Source of the DNA: an uncultured Chitinophagaceae bacterium
GTDB taxonomy: Bacteria; Bacteroidota; Bacteroidia; Chitinophagales; Chitinophagaceae
DNA length: 64,000 nt
Assembly (NCBI GenBank): GCA_963811275.1
Contig: CAWEQR010000007.1
Coordinates: 157,494 to 221,493, forward strand
Reading direction: 5' to 3'
Part shown: positions 45,482 to 57,078 of the stretch, in pieces
Numbering within the stretch: the stretch's first letter is position 1
Layout: every line of letters starts with the position of its first letter
Notes under the pieces: model-generated
The model's database searches: none
What the model was told of the DNA's origin: nothing
What the model saw: the letters and a program-made list of their open reading frames with translations, nothing else
Made by a program: the position numbers and the translations under genes

Positions 45482-47185
45482 ATGAAATATTCAGTTCGTC
45501 TTATATCCATTATGATATTGCTGTTTGTTCAAACAGGAACATCTGCTCAGACCAGCACACGATGGTTTGAAAACGCAATTTTCTACCAGATTTATCCGCC
45601 TTCCTATAAAGACTCCGATGGGGATGGAATTGGCGACCTGAAGGGCATTAGTGAAAAACTGGATTATGTAAAATCTCTCGGAGTGGATGCCATCTGGTTC
45701 ACGCCTGTATTTTCTTCACCCTTTAAAGACGGGGGATACGATGTGGCCGATTATTATTCCGTTGATAAAAGATATGGAACCAATGATGACCTGGTTGCGT
45801 TGATCAGCAAGGCTCATGAAAAGGGGCTGAAACTGTGTTTGGATCTGGTGATAGGTCATACTTCCAATGAGAACCCGTGGTTCCTGGAGTCAGCAAAGGG
45901 CACCAACCTCAGGTACAGTGATTATTATATCTGGACGCCCGTTATTCCCGATGAGGCAAAGGGTAAAAAGTCCACAAGGGACAATAATATGCTGGGGGAG
46001 GACAAGTACGTCAAATCCAGTTCTCCAAGAGGAAATTACTATATTAAGAATTATTACGACATCCAGCCGGCGCTGAATTTTGGCTATGCGAATCCCAACC
46101 CCGCCAATTCCTGGGAGCAATCAGTAGATGCTCCCGGTCCCCAGGCCGTGCAAAGGGAAATGAAGAATGTTATTTCGTTCTGGATGGATAAAGGCATAGA
46201 CGGATTCCGGGTAGATCTGGCTTCCAGCATTGTTAAAAATGATCCGGGCAAAAAGGCAACCATTAAAGTATGGCAGGGATTAAATCAATGGTTCAGGGAA
46301 AAATATCCCGAAGGTGTTCTGATTGCTGAATGGTTTAACCCCAGGCAGTCTGCTGAAGCCGGGTTTCCTATCGATTTCATGCGAGGGGCATCTCTTGTCA
46401 CCAATCGCCAGGGCGGGGAATTTGAACCGCTGGTTTGTTATTTTGCGAAGGACGGTAAAGGGCAGTTAAAAGACTGGTATGAACAGTTTACGGAACAGTA
46501 TCGTGCCACCAAAGGCAAAAGCCTGATTTCCCTGCCAACCGGCAACCACGACAATCCACGACTGAATGCCGGAGATCGTAATACGGCGGATCAGTTAAAA
46601 GTGACCATGACGTTTTTCCTGACGATGCCCGGTGTGCCGGTCATTTATTATGGGGATGAAATCGGGATGAAATTTTTAACCGGACTGTATAATAAAGAAG
46701 GCAGCCAGGGTGATGCGACCAAAAACCGCGCAGGTTCGCGCACACCGATGCAATGGGACAGTACGGCGAATGCCGGGTTTTCTGCTGCCGGATTCTGGAA
46801 TCTTTATTTGCCGGTTGACAAAGACCCGGACAGGCCGGATGTCGCAAAGGAAGAACGGGATCCCAACTCCTTATTAAACTATACACGTGAACTCCTCAGG
46901 TTAAGAAAAAGTTCGAAGGCTTTGTCGGCAGCGGGAGACTGGCAGTTGTTAAGTGATGTAAACAAACCGTATCCCATGGTGTACAGCCGTTATGCCGGCG
47001 GTGAACGTTATTGTATTATGCTGAATCCAACCGGTAAAAAACTGGAGGCGGCCATTCCAACCCTGGGGTATCAAAAGGTTTCCCTAGTTGTGGGCAGTCC
47101 GCAGGCTGGAAATTATAAAACAGGATCACCATACGACAGAATCAGTATTAACGCCGTATCGGCATTGGTGTTTAAAATGGAGTAG
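45482..47185 (+). CDS. GH13 alpha-amylase-family glycosidase (alpha-glucosidase/trehalose-type)
   Basis: DSDGDGIGD, GIDGFRVD, IAE, NHD, YYGDEIGM. Confidence 0.92.
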   Translation: MKYSVRLISIMILLFVQTGTSAQTSTRWFENAIFYQIYPPSYKDSDGDGIGDLKGISEKLDYVKSLGVDAIWFTPVFSSPFKDGGYDVADYYSVDKRYGTNDDLVALISKAHEKGLKLCLDLVIGHTSNENPWFLESAKGTNLRYSDYYIWTPVIPDEAKGKKSTRDNNMLGEDKYVKSSSPRGNYYIKNYYDIQPALNFGYANPNPANSWEQSVDAPGPQAVQREMKNVISFWMDKGIDGFRVDLASSIVKNDPGKKATIKVWQGLNQWFREKYPEGVLIAEWFNPRQSAEAGFPIDFMRGASLVTNRQGGEFEPLVCYFAKDGKGQLKDWYEQFTEQYRATKGKSLISLPTGNHDNPRLNAGDRNTADQLKVTMTFFLTMPGVPVIYYGDEIGMKFLTGLYNKEGSQGDATKNRAGSRTPMQWDSTANAGFSAAGFWNLYLPVDKDPDRPDVAKEERDPNSLLNYTRELLRLRKSSKALSAAGDWQLLSDVNKPYPMVYSRYAGGERYCIMLNPTGKKLEAAIPTLGYQKVSLVVGSPQAGNYKTGSPYDRISINAVSALVFKME

Positions 47186-47244
47186 GGCAGCCTGGGAAGC
47201 ATGAACTTTTCCGGGAGATTATTTCACCAGTTAAACAGAATGAC

Positions 47245-48132
47245 ATGAAAGAAATAAGAAAAGAAGACATCAGGCAGGAAGTGTTTGACCTCTATGACGA
47301 TTACGCCCACAATCGCATTGAAAGGCGCGAGTTCATGCAAAAGTTATCTGCCTATGCCGTGGGTGGTATTTCGGTGGCCGCTCTTTCCGGTTTTCTGATG
47401 CCTGCCTATGCCGGATCGATCCAGGTGAAACCGGATGATCCCCGTTTAAAATCGGAATACGTGTATTATGATTCTCCAAAAGGCGGTGGAAAGATCAAAG
47501 CATTACTGTCCATGCCCCTTGATGCAAAAGGAAACCGGGAGGCATCGTTGTAGTGCATGAAAACAGGGGCCTGAATCCTTATATTGAAGATGTGGCGAGG
47601 AGAGCTGCGCTGGCCGGATTTATTTCGCTGGCGCCGGATGCACTTACCCCTTTAGGTGGTTATCCCGGGAAATGATGACCAGGGCCGTGAAATGCAGAGT
47701 AAACTCGACAGAAATAAAATACTCGAGGATTTTATTGCTGCGTACGATTACTTAAAAGGATTAAAAGATTGTAATGGAAAAGTGGGCGTAGTTGGTTTTT
47801 GCTTTGGCGGATGGGTGGCCAATATGATGGCCGTCCGCATTTCAGATTTGTCGGCGGCTGTTCCGTTTTACGGAGGCCAGCCGGCGGGTGAGGATGTCCC
47901 GAAAATCAAGGCGCCGCTCCTGTTGCATTATGCAGGCCTGGATACGCAGGTGAATGCAGGGTGGCCTGCTTATGAGCAGGCGTTGAAAGAGAAGAAGAAA
48001 GAATATACCGTTTACATATATCCGGGGGTAAATCATGGCTTTCACAATGATACGACACCACGATACGATAAACCGGCTGCTGAACTTGCCTGGAAACGCA
48101 CCCTTGATTTTTTCAATGAAAAATTAAAGTAA
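47245..48132 (+). CDS. Dienelactone hydrolase family protein (YghX-like), frameshifted
   Basis: [40 protein letters not shown]. Confidence 0.9.
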
Positions 48133-48169
48133 GAATCCGCTTGCGGGATTTGGGGCCGTGAGTTGTACG

Positions 48170-48943
48170 TTACGACGCCGTCCATCCGCCGTCAATCATC
48201 AGGGTGGTGCCGGTGATTAATGATGCGGCCGGTGAAGCGAGAAACAAAACGGCATTGGCTACGTCTTTGGGATCACCAATTCTACCCAATACAATTTTGG
48301 AAAGCACCATTTTTTTCGTTTCCTCGTTGGCGAGATAATCTTCCGTGCCCGGGGTGTATATAAAAGTAGGCGCCACGGCATTGACGGTGATATTGTGTTT
48401 GGCCCATTCCACGGCACAACATTTGGTCAGATGGGAGATCCCCGCCTTGGTCATGCAATAGACCGATTCGGTGGGAAGCGCGATAAATCCGGCCTGGGAA
48501 CTGATATTGATGATCCGGCCGTATTGTTGCCTGATCATCTGGCGGCCCACATGCTGGCTCGTGAAAAAAGTTCCTTTCAGATTGACATCCAGCGTATAGT
48601 CAAAATCCGCTTCGGTAACGTTTTCAATATTATTCTCAGGAGCGATGCCGGCATTGTTGATTAATATATCAATCCGTCCGAAATAATCGGAGGCTTTGAT
48701 TACGGCAGCTTTAATTTCATCCATCCTGCTCACATCCATCTGGAGCGGCAGGGCCTTTCTGCCCATAGCTTCGATCTCCTTCACCAGTCCGCCGTCTGCC
48801 TGTATATTTTTAAGTCCCAGTGCAATATCCGCTCCCGCTTCCGCGAGGGCAAGGGCACAGGCCCTTCCGATTCCCCGGGCTGCACCGGTAACCAGCGCAA
48901 TTTTTCCGGGCACTTTCACTTCATCTGAATTCCGGTTAGCCAT
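48170..48943 (-). CDS. SDR oxidoreductase
   Basis: TGAARGIG, NNAG, YCMTK. Confidence 0.92.
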   Translation of the reverse strand: MANRNSDEVKVPGKIALVTGAARGIGRACALALAEAGADIALGLKNIQADGGLVKEIEAMGRKALPLQMDVSRMDEIKAAVIKASDYFGRIDILINNAGIAPENNIENVTEADFDYTLDVNLKGTFFTSQHVGRQMIRQQYGRIINISSQAGFIALPTESVYCMTKAGISHLTKCCAVEWAKHNITVNAVAPTFIYTPGTEDYLANEETKKMVLSKIVLGRIGDPKDVANAVLFLASPAASLITGTTLMIDGGWTAS

Positions 48944-49218
48944 AATGGATATGTTTTACGGTAAAGGTATTCACAAGATGCGTTTTTCCGTTGGATCGCT
49001 CCATTGTTTATTGGGTACCCGGCTACAAACCAGACGGAAGAGCAATGAATTCCTTAAAAAGCGCTCCTGTTTTCTATGCCGTACCTCCGGTAACATTTCC
49101 TTCAAACCAGGAACAGAACACGAAAAGAAACCGGAGCCTGCCAACGGGAAAGAAATATCGTATTCCGGTTTAATGGACGGCTTATATTTGGAACCGCGTT
49201 CAGCATACAACAAAACCT

Positions 49219-49827
49219 ATGTCACAACATCATTTGAACCTGGGCAGAACTGAGTTTGGCAATTCCTCCCATGCCGGTACACTGATGAGCATGGAAGAAG
49301 CCCTGTTGCTGCTTGGAGATTGGGTGACCAATGAAAAGCTGCAGCTGCATATGAAGCAGGTGGCTGCACTTATGAAAGCATGGGCGATCGAAGAAGAAGG
49401 AGCAGATCCAATGACTGCCCGGGCCTGGGAACTGGCAGGCTTGCTTCATGATGCGGACTGGGAAAAATATCCGGAAAGCCATTGTAAAATGATCATTGAA
49501 GAATTGGAACGACGCCATATTGACCCTGCTGTTATCCACTGTATCGCTTCTCATGGTCCCAAATATTTTGGCGTGGAGCCCGAATCAAAGATGGACAAAA
49601 TGATCTATGTGTTTGACGAGTTGTCCGGATTGATCCACGCCGCAGCGCTGGTGAGGCCAACCGGATATGAAGGCATGGATATAAAATCTGTTCTCAAAAA
49701 ACTGAAGTCTGCCTCATTCGCCGCGCAGGTAAACCGGGAAGATATCTCCGACGCTATCAGTCGCATAGATCAGAGTCTCGAAGAAATCATCCGGTTTATA
49801 TTGGATCATCAGAAACAGGTGTATTAG
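49219..49827 (+). CDS. HD-domain (HDIG-type) hydrolase
   Basis: LHM, GLLHDAD, SHG, DELSG; true start may be downstream. Confidence 0.85.
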   Translation: MSQHHLNLGRTEFGNSSHAGTLMSMEEALLLLGDWVTNEKLQLHMKQVAALMKAWAIEEEGADPMTARAWELAGLLHDADWEKYPESHCKMIIEELERRHIDPAVIHCIASHGPKYFGVEPESKMDKMIYVFDELSGLIHAAALVRPTGYEGMDIKSVLKKLKSASFAAQVNREDISDAISRIDQSLEEIIRFILDHQKQVY

Positions 49828-49868
49828 TATCATATAGGAAAACCCGGTTTATAAAGAGCCGGTATAAG

Positions 49869-50620
49869 TTATTCAAACCATGTATATATATCCTGGAGCA
49901 ATAAACCGGCTTTTTCTGCTGTGTTCAGGTCTTGCGCAATCTTCCCCTCCTGCATATGTATCAGGCGGTTTCCGTAAACCAGTGCGTCTTTTAAATTATG
50001 GGTAATCAGTACGGTGGTTATACCCAGCTCTTTATTCAGTTTATCAGCCAGCTTCATGACGCACCAGCGCGGACCGGGGATCAAGTGCTGCGGTGGGTTC
50101 ATCCAGCAGCAATATTTCGGTATGATCCATAACGCACATCAACAGGGTCAGGGCCTGTCTCTGTCCGCCCGACAAACTGCCCATCGGTTGGCCGATTTTA
50201 TTTTCAAGGCCCATACCCAAACCGGAAATCTTTTCCTGAACCTTTTTTTTAAAAGCTTCATTGATTCCGATGGTCAGCTTTTTTCTTTGCGTGCGCAGAG
50301 AGGCGAGCCTGAAATTATCCAGTATCGTTAAATCAGGCGCTGTGCCGTTATGCGGGTTTTGAAAAACACGGGCAACCCACCTGCTTCGTTTATATTCGGG
50401 TAAAGGAGTCACATCCTGACCGTTTATCTCAATGGTGCCGGTGTTGGGTTTCTCAGAGCCCTCAATCATATTCAGCAGTGTTGTTTTACCGCTTCCGTTG
50501 GCGCCCACGATCACCAGGAATTCACCCTTATGAATTTCCAGGGAAATATCGTTCAGTGCAATGACCTCGTTGACTGTCCCTTTATTAAAAAGTTTACTGA
50601 TATTGCTGAAGCGATATCAT
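49869..50620 (-). CDS. ABC transporter ATP-binding protein (frameshifted)
   Basis: GANGSGKT, LSGGQRQ, LLDEPTAALDP, ITH. Confidence 0.9.
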
Positions 50621-51525
50621 CTACGATCCTATTATTACCATTGTTTGAGAGGCGGCCCTGCAATTGCCGGCTCACCCTGGGCAGGGCCACAATGAGCAGG
50701 ACGAAAACAGCAGTCACCAGTTTGAGGAAATTCGGATCAATCCCCATGGCCAGGGTAAATGCCAGAACGAGCTGAAATAAAAGACTTCCGGCCAGGACAA
50801 ACAGGATCTGCAGCTCCGATCCGGGTAACGTTCAGCCATATCCTCAGCGCATCGGCAATCAGAACAGATCCCAGACCGGTAATGACGATGCCGATGCCCA
50901 TATTGATATCGGTAAAATTCTGGTATTGGGCCACCAGGAATCCGCTGAGTGCCGTAAGTGCATTTGCCATCGCGAGACCGATAATCTTAATGATATCATT
51001 ATTGATGCCCATGGATTGGGTCATCACCGGATTGTTCCCTGTGGCGCGCATGGCAATACCAAAATCTGTTAACAGTAAATAGCGGAGTAAAAAAACCAAC
51101 AGGACAATCATAACCAGGGCAACAAATAACTGATTATAAAGATCGGTGCTGAAAAAGGAAAACGTCTGGAACACCGTATGCATGTTGATCAGCGGCACAT
51201 TGGACCTGCCCAGGATGATCAGGTTCACCGAATACAGTCCTGTCATCACCAGGATGCCGGCAAGCAGTGCGTCAATCCGGAGTTTGGTATGGATCAGTCC
51301 GGTGCAGGTTCCCGCCACGGCGCCTGCCAGCATGCATACCGGCGAATACGCCAGGGCGTTCCAGTGATGCTTAATAAAACAGCCGTAATCACGGCGCCCA
51401 GCGTATAACTTCCATCGGTCGTGATATCCGGGATGTTAAATACTTTCATGGTGATGAAAATGCCCAGTGGCCATCGGGCCAAGGCAAATGGAAAGTTGGA
51501 GCGCGGTTAAATAGAATTGGCTCAT
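50621..51525 (-). CDS. ABC transporter permease (frameshifted)
   Basis: PDITTDGSYTLG, LLAGILVMTGLYSVN, G.AMRATG.N. Confidence 0.85.
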
Positions 51526-52486
51526 GGAACAGGTTGGAAATCCGAAGGTATGCGTTATACCGGATTTTTTGGAGGCAGCCGGGTTATAGACTTTTTTCCT
51601 GACCCTTACCATTTCCCATTTGAAGGCCGGCCGTGCTTTTCGTTTTCAGATATAAGGCAGCTTCCTCGCCCGCCTGGTATCCCCATTGATAAATATCGGC
51701 GCCATAAGCAGCTAAAGCGCCTCTGCTAACCAAACCCGCCTCACTGGTGAAAACGGGTATATTTTTTTGATTGCACGACTGAATAATGGTTTCAAAAGAT
51801 TCGAAGACGATATTATCGGGGTTGGCAAAGAATGCATCAATATTTCCGGAGAGCAGGGAGGCGGTAACGAGTTGCACATCTGCCGTGGAATTGACAGGCA
51901 GGGCGATCAGTTTGATTTGATATCCTTCTGCCAGTTTCCGGATTCGTTCCATGGCTTCCACCGACTGGGGTTCTGACTGGTTAAAGATCATACCCACGGT
52001 TAACCGGCCTGACTTTGGCTTCACCACTTTGGGAATAAGCAGAAAGGAAGTATCTATATAATCCAGTGTTTCCCCCACGCCAAATAAATTCCCCGGCGGC
52101 CGGCCCGAGCTGTCATTTAATTTCATCAAACCGGGGGTAGGGGATACCATCATAAATATGGGTATCTCTTGTGTGTTTTGAACGGCCGTTATGGTTGACA
52201 AAGACGGATTGGTTGCGATCAGGGTAACCTGTTGGGAAATAAAATACCTGATGATTTGAGTCAGGGTGGGAATATTACCCTGTGCATTCCGGTATATCAT
52301 TTTAAGCGTTCCCTTTTTTTCATCAAAACCATTTTTCCGGAGTGCGTCCATAAATCCGGTTTTAGCCTGTTCCATGGTGTTGTCCTGGAATGCATCGGCA
52401 AATCCGATTACAGGGACCCCGGAATTCCGCTGGTTATTGCAGGCCATGCAAAAGGCAAGACCCGAAAATAAAAGCCATTTTTTCAT
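51522..52486 (-). CDS. ABC substrate-binding lipoprotein (aromatic amino-acid type), frameshifted near the 3' end
   Basis: Lipobox MAC, NAQG, G.IFN.SE..S, G..Y..G.QAG. Confidence 0.85.
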
Positions 52487-52716
52487 CGTTTTTATTGATA
52501 TTTATTAGAGGGTACGATCAGGTGATGCGTTAGTAGCAACCGATGCGGATTTTGAGAATTCAAAGTAAAAATAGACAATTATTCTGCTGTTGAAAGGTAT
52601 TGCCGGTCAATCACTTCAAAACAATCCTTTTCATTTGCAAGCGGACAATTTATTGCCAATGAATAACAGGCCGATAAAGATATGCTTTGGGATTTCCGTC
52701 TTTTTAATAAACTAAT

Positions 52717-53247
52717 ATGAAATCATTTGGGGTTTTCTTTTGGAGAATCACGGCGGCTCATGTAATCACCTATTTTCTGGCAGGGATATGTGCTGCCCAT
52801 TTTCTGAATTATAAGGAATTATTTGAGACAGCTCCCTTTTCAGGCTTTATGAAACCCATGAATTCACCGGCTGTAGCAGCCGGACCGGCATTACAGGTGA
52901 TCAGGGGATTTATTTTTTCAATTTCCCTCTGGTGGTTCCGGGATGTTTTCCTGAACACAAAACAGGGCTGGTTAAAACTCTGGGTGCTTTTACTGGGATT
53001 GTCTGTTCTCTCTACAACAGCAGCAGCAACGGGTTCGGTGGAGGGATTCATCTATACCACCATTCCGTTTCAAAAACAGGTTATCGGCTATCTGGAAATT
53101 TTTCCTCAGACCCTGCTCTTTTCCCTGATTGTTTTTTATTGGTATCAGAAATCCCGGAAAGCCTGGAATGTCCTGTCTGTCATTCTGGTTTCCTGTATTC
53201 TGTTACTCAGCACACTTGGTGTCATCTTACCCGGACGATCCTCATGA
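52717..53247 (+). CDS. Hypothetical membrane protein
   Basis: About 5 hydrophobic helices; HVITYF.AG, Q.IRG, GSVEG motifs. Confidence 0.7.
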   Translation: MKSFGVFFWRITAAHVITYFLAGICAAHFLNYKELFETAPFSGFMKPMNSPAVAAGPALQVIRGFIFSISLWWFRDVFLNTKQGWLKLWVLLLGLSVLSTTAAATGSVEGFIYTTIPFQKQVIGYLEIFPQTLLFSLIVFYWYQKSRKAWNVLSVILVSCILLLSTLGVILPGRSS

Positions 53248-53423
53248 AAACAGGAAAACACAATAGAACGGTTTGAAAATCGGGGATGCCGGGTCATCAG
53301 GCTCCGCCGGCTTTAAAAAATCAGGGGGTAACGGCCGGCATTCATCCGGACATCCTGTTATATTTGTTTAAGCAGTCTCCGGAGGCCGGCATGTCCGGGG
53401 AAATAACCTCAAATCGAAAAGCA

Positions 53424-54125
53424 ATGAAAAAGATTACACTGGTCCTTTTCCTGACTTCTCTTCTGAAAACGGCCTTTCCCCAGGCCCAGGGTATTTTTAT
53501 TTATGAAGACGATTATTCAGATCCCCTGGCCACGGGTAAAGTGGTCACGAAAATCTATGAATCGAAATCCATGGCCCGCATTGAATCGACAAACACTGCA
53601 ACGAAGAGCGCGCTGGGTGATCCGACCTCAAAGGACCAGGATGTGATACTGCTGGATCTGGATAAATTATCTGAAACCCATCTGAGTGCGGAAAGAAAAA
53701 CAGCGATCATTACGCCATTCATCACCAATTCCTCCGAAGACCTGATGAAAAAAATGGGTACCGAAGTCACCATCCAAAACCTGGGCCAGGAGAAGATCGG
53801 GAATTATAACTGTACGCATTTTGTCATCACCACCATAACGAAAAATAAAACCCTGAATTATGATACAAAGAAAGACATCTGGACCACGAAGGAACTGGGA
53901 ACCGGAAATGTTTACTATGTGGGACATTATTTGTATTATCCAAAGGGCAGTCAGATTGCCGGGAAACTGACCGAAGCAGGCGCAGAGGGAATCGTGGTCA
54001 GGTGGCAGGTGCTGGACCCCTATACGAAGAAACCAAATGTCTGCAATCTGGTCCGCTACCAGGCCGGCCCGGTTCCCGCTTCATACTTTTCAGCACCTGC
54101 CGGTTATATGGTCATGCGGCGCTGA
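53424..54125 (+). CDS. Exported protein, DUF4412-like
   Basis: Signal peptide from ATG 53424; G.EKIG.YNC, IWTT.ELG, F..P.GY. Confidence 0.7.
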   Translation: MKKITLVLFLTSLLKTAFPQAQGIFIYEDDYSDPLATGKVVTKIYESKSMARIESTNTATKSALGDPTSKDQDVILLDLDKLSETHLSAERKTAIITPFITNSSEDLMKKMGTEVTIQNLGQEKIGNYNCTHFVITTITKNKTLNYDTKKDIWTTKELGTGNVYYVGHYLYYPKGSQIAGKLTEAGAEGIVVRWQVLDPYTKKPNVCNLVRYQAGPVPASYFSAPAGYMVMRR

Positions 54126-54316
54126 GCGATCCTATACCGGAATCCTGACGGGTCAGTCTGAATCATGAATGAATGGAAACCGGGAGAAGCGATGTGACCG
54201 ATTTAAAAGACAACGGATACCGACTGATGCAACACCGGCTCCTGCAGGAGCCGGTAACGATTATGAATAATCTTATTTAGATTTGATAATCAGGAATGCC
54301 GGATTAACCCAATGAG

Positions 54317-54721
54317 ATGATGCAAAGGCGAAAATTCATTCAGCTCTCTGCGATGGGCAGTGCAGCCATCGGGATGACCGGAATAAGCTGCAATACCCGG
54401 CGTCCGGCCTTTTATGCTGTCCTGGACAAACCCGGAGCACTATCACAAATCTGCGATCTGCAGACGATCCGGGAAATCGGAAGGACCTACCGCGTGCAGA
54501 CTCCCTCAGAAAGTGACGCCGGCAAACTGGTCGCGTTACTATCGGCTGATCTTACAGGCAACCCGGTTTCTTCCGCCTCAGACAATGCGTTTGTTCAGGG
54601 CCTGATCCATCAGAAAATCAGACAGGATTTTGAAACCGGAAATACTGTCGTTGTAAAGGGATGGATTCTGGCTGTAACGGAAGCCCGTCAGTGCGCCCTG
54701 CTCTATGTGAACCATCAATAA
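54317..54721 (+). CDS. Tat-exported lipoprotein, likely small partner of the GMC enzyme
   Basis: RRKFIQ and ISC lipobox; IRQDF..G..V.V.GW.L..TEARQCAL; 10 bp upstream of the GMC gene. Confidence 0.7.
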   Translation: MMQRRKFIQLSAMGSAAIGMTGISCNTRRPAFYAVLDKPGALSQICDLQTIREIGRTYRVQTPSESDAGKLVALLSADLTGNPVSSASDNAFVQGLIHQKIRQDFETGNTVVVKGWILAVTEARQCALLYVNHQ

Positions 54722-54731
54722 ACCGTATCGT

Positions 54732-56276
54732 ATGCATGTGGACGGAAGACTTCTGGAAAATAAAACACTGATTGAAGGAGATATCTGTATCATAGGGGCA
54801 GGCGCCGCAGGAATCAGTATGGCCCTCGAATGGGATCATACCCCATTCAAAGTGATTCTGCTGGAGGGCGGTGGATTTGAATACGATCCGAAAATCCAGG
54901 ATTTGTATGCAGGCAAAACCACAGGCCAGCCTTATTACCCGCTGATGTCAAGCCGCCTGCATTATTTCGGGGGCACCACAGGACATTGGGCGGGTTATTG
55001 CGCTCCCATGGATCCGGTCGATTTTGAAAAAAGAAGCTGGGTTGAACACAGTGGCTGGCCTATTCAGAGAGGGGATATGGATTCTTATTATGAAAGGGCT
55101 CATAAAACATTAGAGCTTGGGCCCTATGACTATGATATGGCCTTCTGGCAAAAAAAAGATCCGGCGATGCTACCGCTTTGTGAAAACGATTCGGTTGTAT
55201 GGAATAAAATGTGGCAGTTCAGTCCGCCGACAAGATTTGGGGTGAAATACAAAAAGAATATTGTGGAGTCGCGCAATATTCATCTGTACACCTATGCCAA
55301 TGTGGTTAATATTCTTCTCCATGAAAACGGTACTGCCGTGCGGGAAGTGACCGTTAAGAATTTTGAAGGCAAACAGCACCAGGTGCGGGCTAAAAAATTT
55401 ATTCTTGCCTGCAGCTCGATCCAGAATGCCAGGTTATTGCTGGCCTCCAACCAGCAGGCGCCGCGGGGGCTGGGCAATGATCACGACCTGGTGGGCCGTT
55501 ATTTTATGGAACACCTGGAAATCAAATCCGCGGAACTCTGGCTTACGAAACCTGATCCGTTGAAATTGTATGCGATGAATTTTGGAGTTACCAAAGCCCG
55601 GGCTGAATTAGCCATCCGTTCCGAAAAACAGGAGCAGTATCAGATTTTAAACGGAACGGTTTCTCTGACACCCCTGGAGACGGCTAAAAAAGTGAAGCCT
55701 GCGATAGAAAGCTGGAACCAGGAAGATCCGAGAAAAAGCGGGGATCGTTTTTTTGGAAATATCAGCCAGGCCGAAAATGAATCGCCAGCGCCTGTTACAG
55801 GCAGCAGGAGTTATGAACTGTTCACCCGGATTGAACAGGCACCCAATCCTTCTTCGAGAGTTACCCTGGATTCGGAACGGGACGGACTAGGGGTTCCCCG
55901 GGCTTCCTTACATTGGGTACTTACGCCTTTGGAAAAAAGAAGCATCCGGAAGATCTATGAGCTGCTGGGGCAGGAAGTGGGCCGGTCCGGAGCAGGCCGG
56001 GTAAAACTGATGGATTACCTCGTGGACCCGCACGACTTTTCCTGGCCTACTTTTACCGGGGGTGGATGGCATCATATGGGCACTACCCGCATGAGTAATG
56101 ATCCCAGGCAGGGCGTGGTGGATGCGGACTGCAAAGTGCATGGGATCTCCAATTTATTTATAGCAGGCGCATCCTGTTTCACGACGGCCGGCGCTCCCAA
56201 TCCGACGCTTACCCTGGTAGCACTCACCCTCAGGCTGTCAGATCATATAAAAGAGTTGATAAAAAATAATACGTAA
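54732..56276 (+). CDS. GMC oxidoreductase
   Basis: IIGAGAAG, VGRYFMEH, HHMGTTRM, NPTLTLVAL. Confidence 0.93.
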   Translation: MHVDGRLLENKTLIEGDICIIGAGAAGISMALEWDHTPFKVILLEGGGFEYDPKIQDLYAGKTTGQPYYPLMSSRLHYFGGTTGHWAGYCAPMDPVDFEKRSWVEHSGWPIQRGDMDSYYERAHKTLELGPYDYDMAFWQKKDPAMLPLCENDSVVWNKMWQFSPPTRFGVKYKKNIVESRNIHLYTYANVVNILLHENGTAVREVTVKNFEGKQHQVRAKKFILACSSIQNARLLLASNQQAPRGLGNDHDLVGRYFMEHLEIKSAELWLTKPDPLKLYAMNFGVTKARAELAIRSEKQEQYQILNGTVSLTPLETAKKVKPAIESWNQEDPRKSGDRFFGNISQAENESPAPVTGSRSYELFTRIEQAPNPSSRVTLDSERDGLGVPRASLHWVLTPLEKRSIRKIYELLGQEVGRSGAGRVKLMDYLVDPHDFSWPTFTGGGWHHMGTTRMSNDPRQGVVDADCKVHGISNLFIAGASCFTTAGAPNPTLTLVALTLRLSDHIKELIKNNT

Positions 56277-56298
56277 CGAAAATAAATATTCAGACGTT

Positions 56299-56812
56299 TT
56301 ATTTGACGTTCACTTCGATGGTAGCTGATAATGCAGCACCATAAGAGCGGTGAATTCCATCAGCATACTGAAGTGTCAGGCGGTGTTTCCCCGGTGGCAG
56401 TGTTACCGTAGTTTCGGTCTGACCCTTCCCAAAATGAATATGTTGCGCATCCTTGGGTACGACCGTTCCGGCTGCCACAGAATCTCCTGCGTCAATAAGC
56501 AGATGATGATGTCCTTCGTCGGGCAGGACCAAACCTGCAGTATCCACTTTCATGTTTTTAACACCCATTTCCACTTTGAAAGGAGATTTGACGGTTTCAC
56601 CATTTTTTAAATTCTTAAAATAAACCATTGCTCCTGCAGGTATTGCCGGCAGCGGGGCAATCATTTTTGCAGAGTCGGCTCATAGCATGCATACCGGTAT
56701 CGGTTGCCATTGCCGATCCGGCGGTATCGGTGCTGGTGGATTGGGTGCTGCTGCTATTGCAGGAAAATAATCCGACTAGTATAATCAGGGAAAGTAAACT
56801 GGTTGTCCGCAT
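56299..56812 (-). CDS. DUF4399 lipoprotein (frameshifted)
   Basis: Lipobox FSC; GHHHLLID, HIHFGKGQTE, LPPGKH.LTLQ.ADG.H. Confidence 0.85.
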
Positions 56813-57078
56813 GATTTCATATTTTTTGGTTAACAATAATGAATAAATACCGGTCTTGTCAGCAAGCGAGACCGGAGATTCAGGTAAATAAGTTTTGTTG
56901 GAGGTACTCAAAGTTAGTACATCGGTTTAGATAATTCGTTATTGGGAGGTTAATGCGGAATGTTGTATCGCTCTCACAACCCGTCCGGTTTTCAATAAGT
57001 AGTTTTGTAGTTTTACAGCCGGATGGATCCTTCTATATAAAACCCGTAATGGGATTTGGCCATAATACACCCCTAAAA

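Noticed and set aside
54233-54254. Perfect 22-bp palindrome ACCGGCTCCTGCAGGAGCCGGT
   Set aside because: Single copy after a stop codon; most simply a terminator-like or stabilising hairpin
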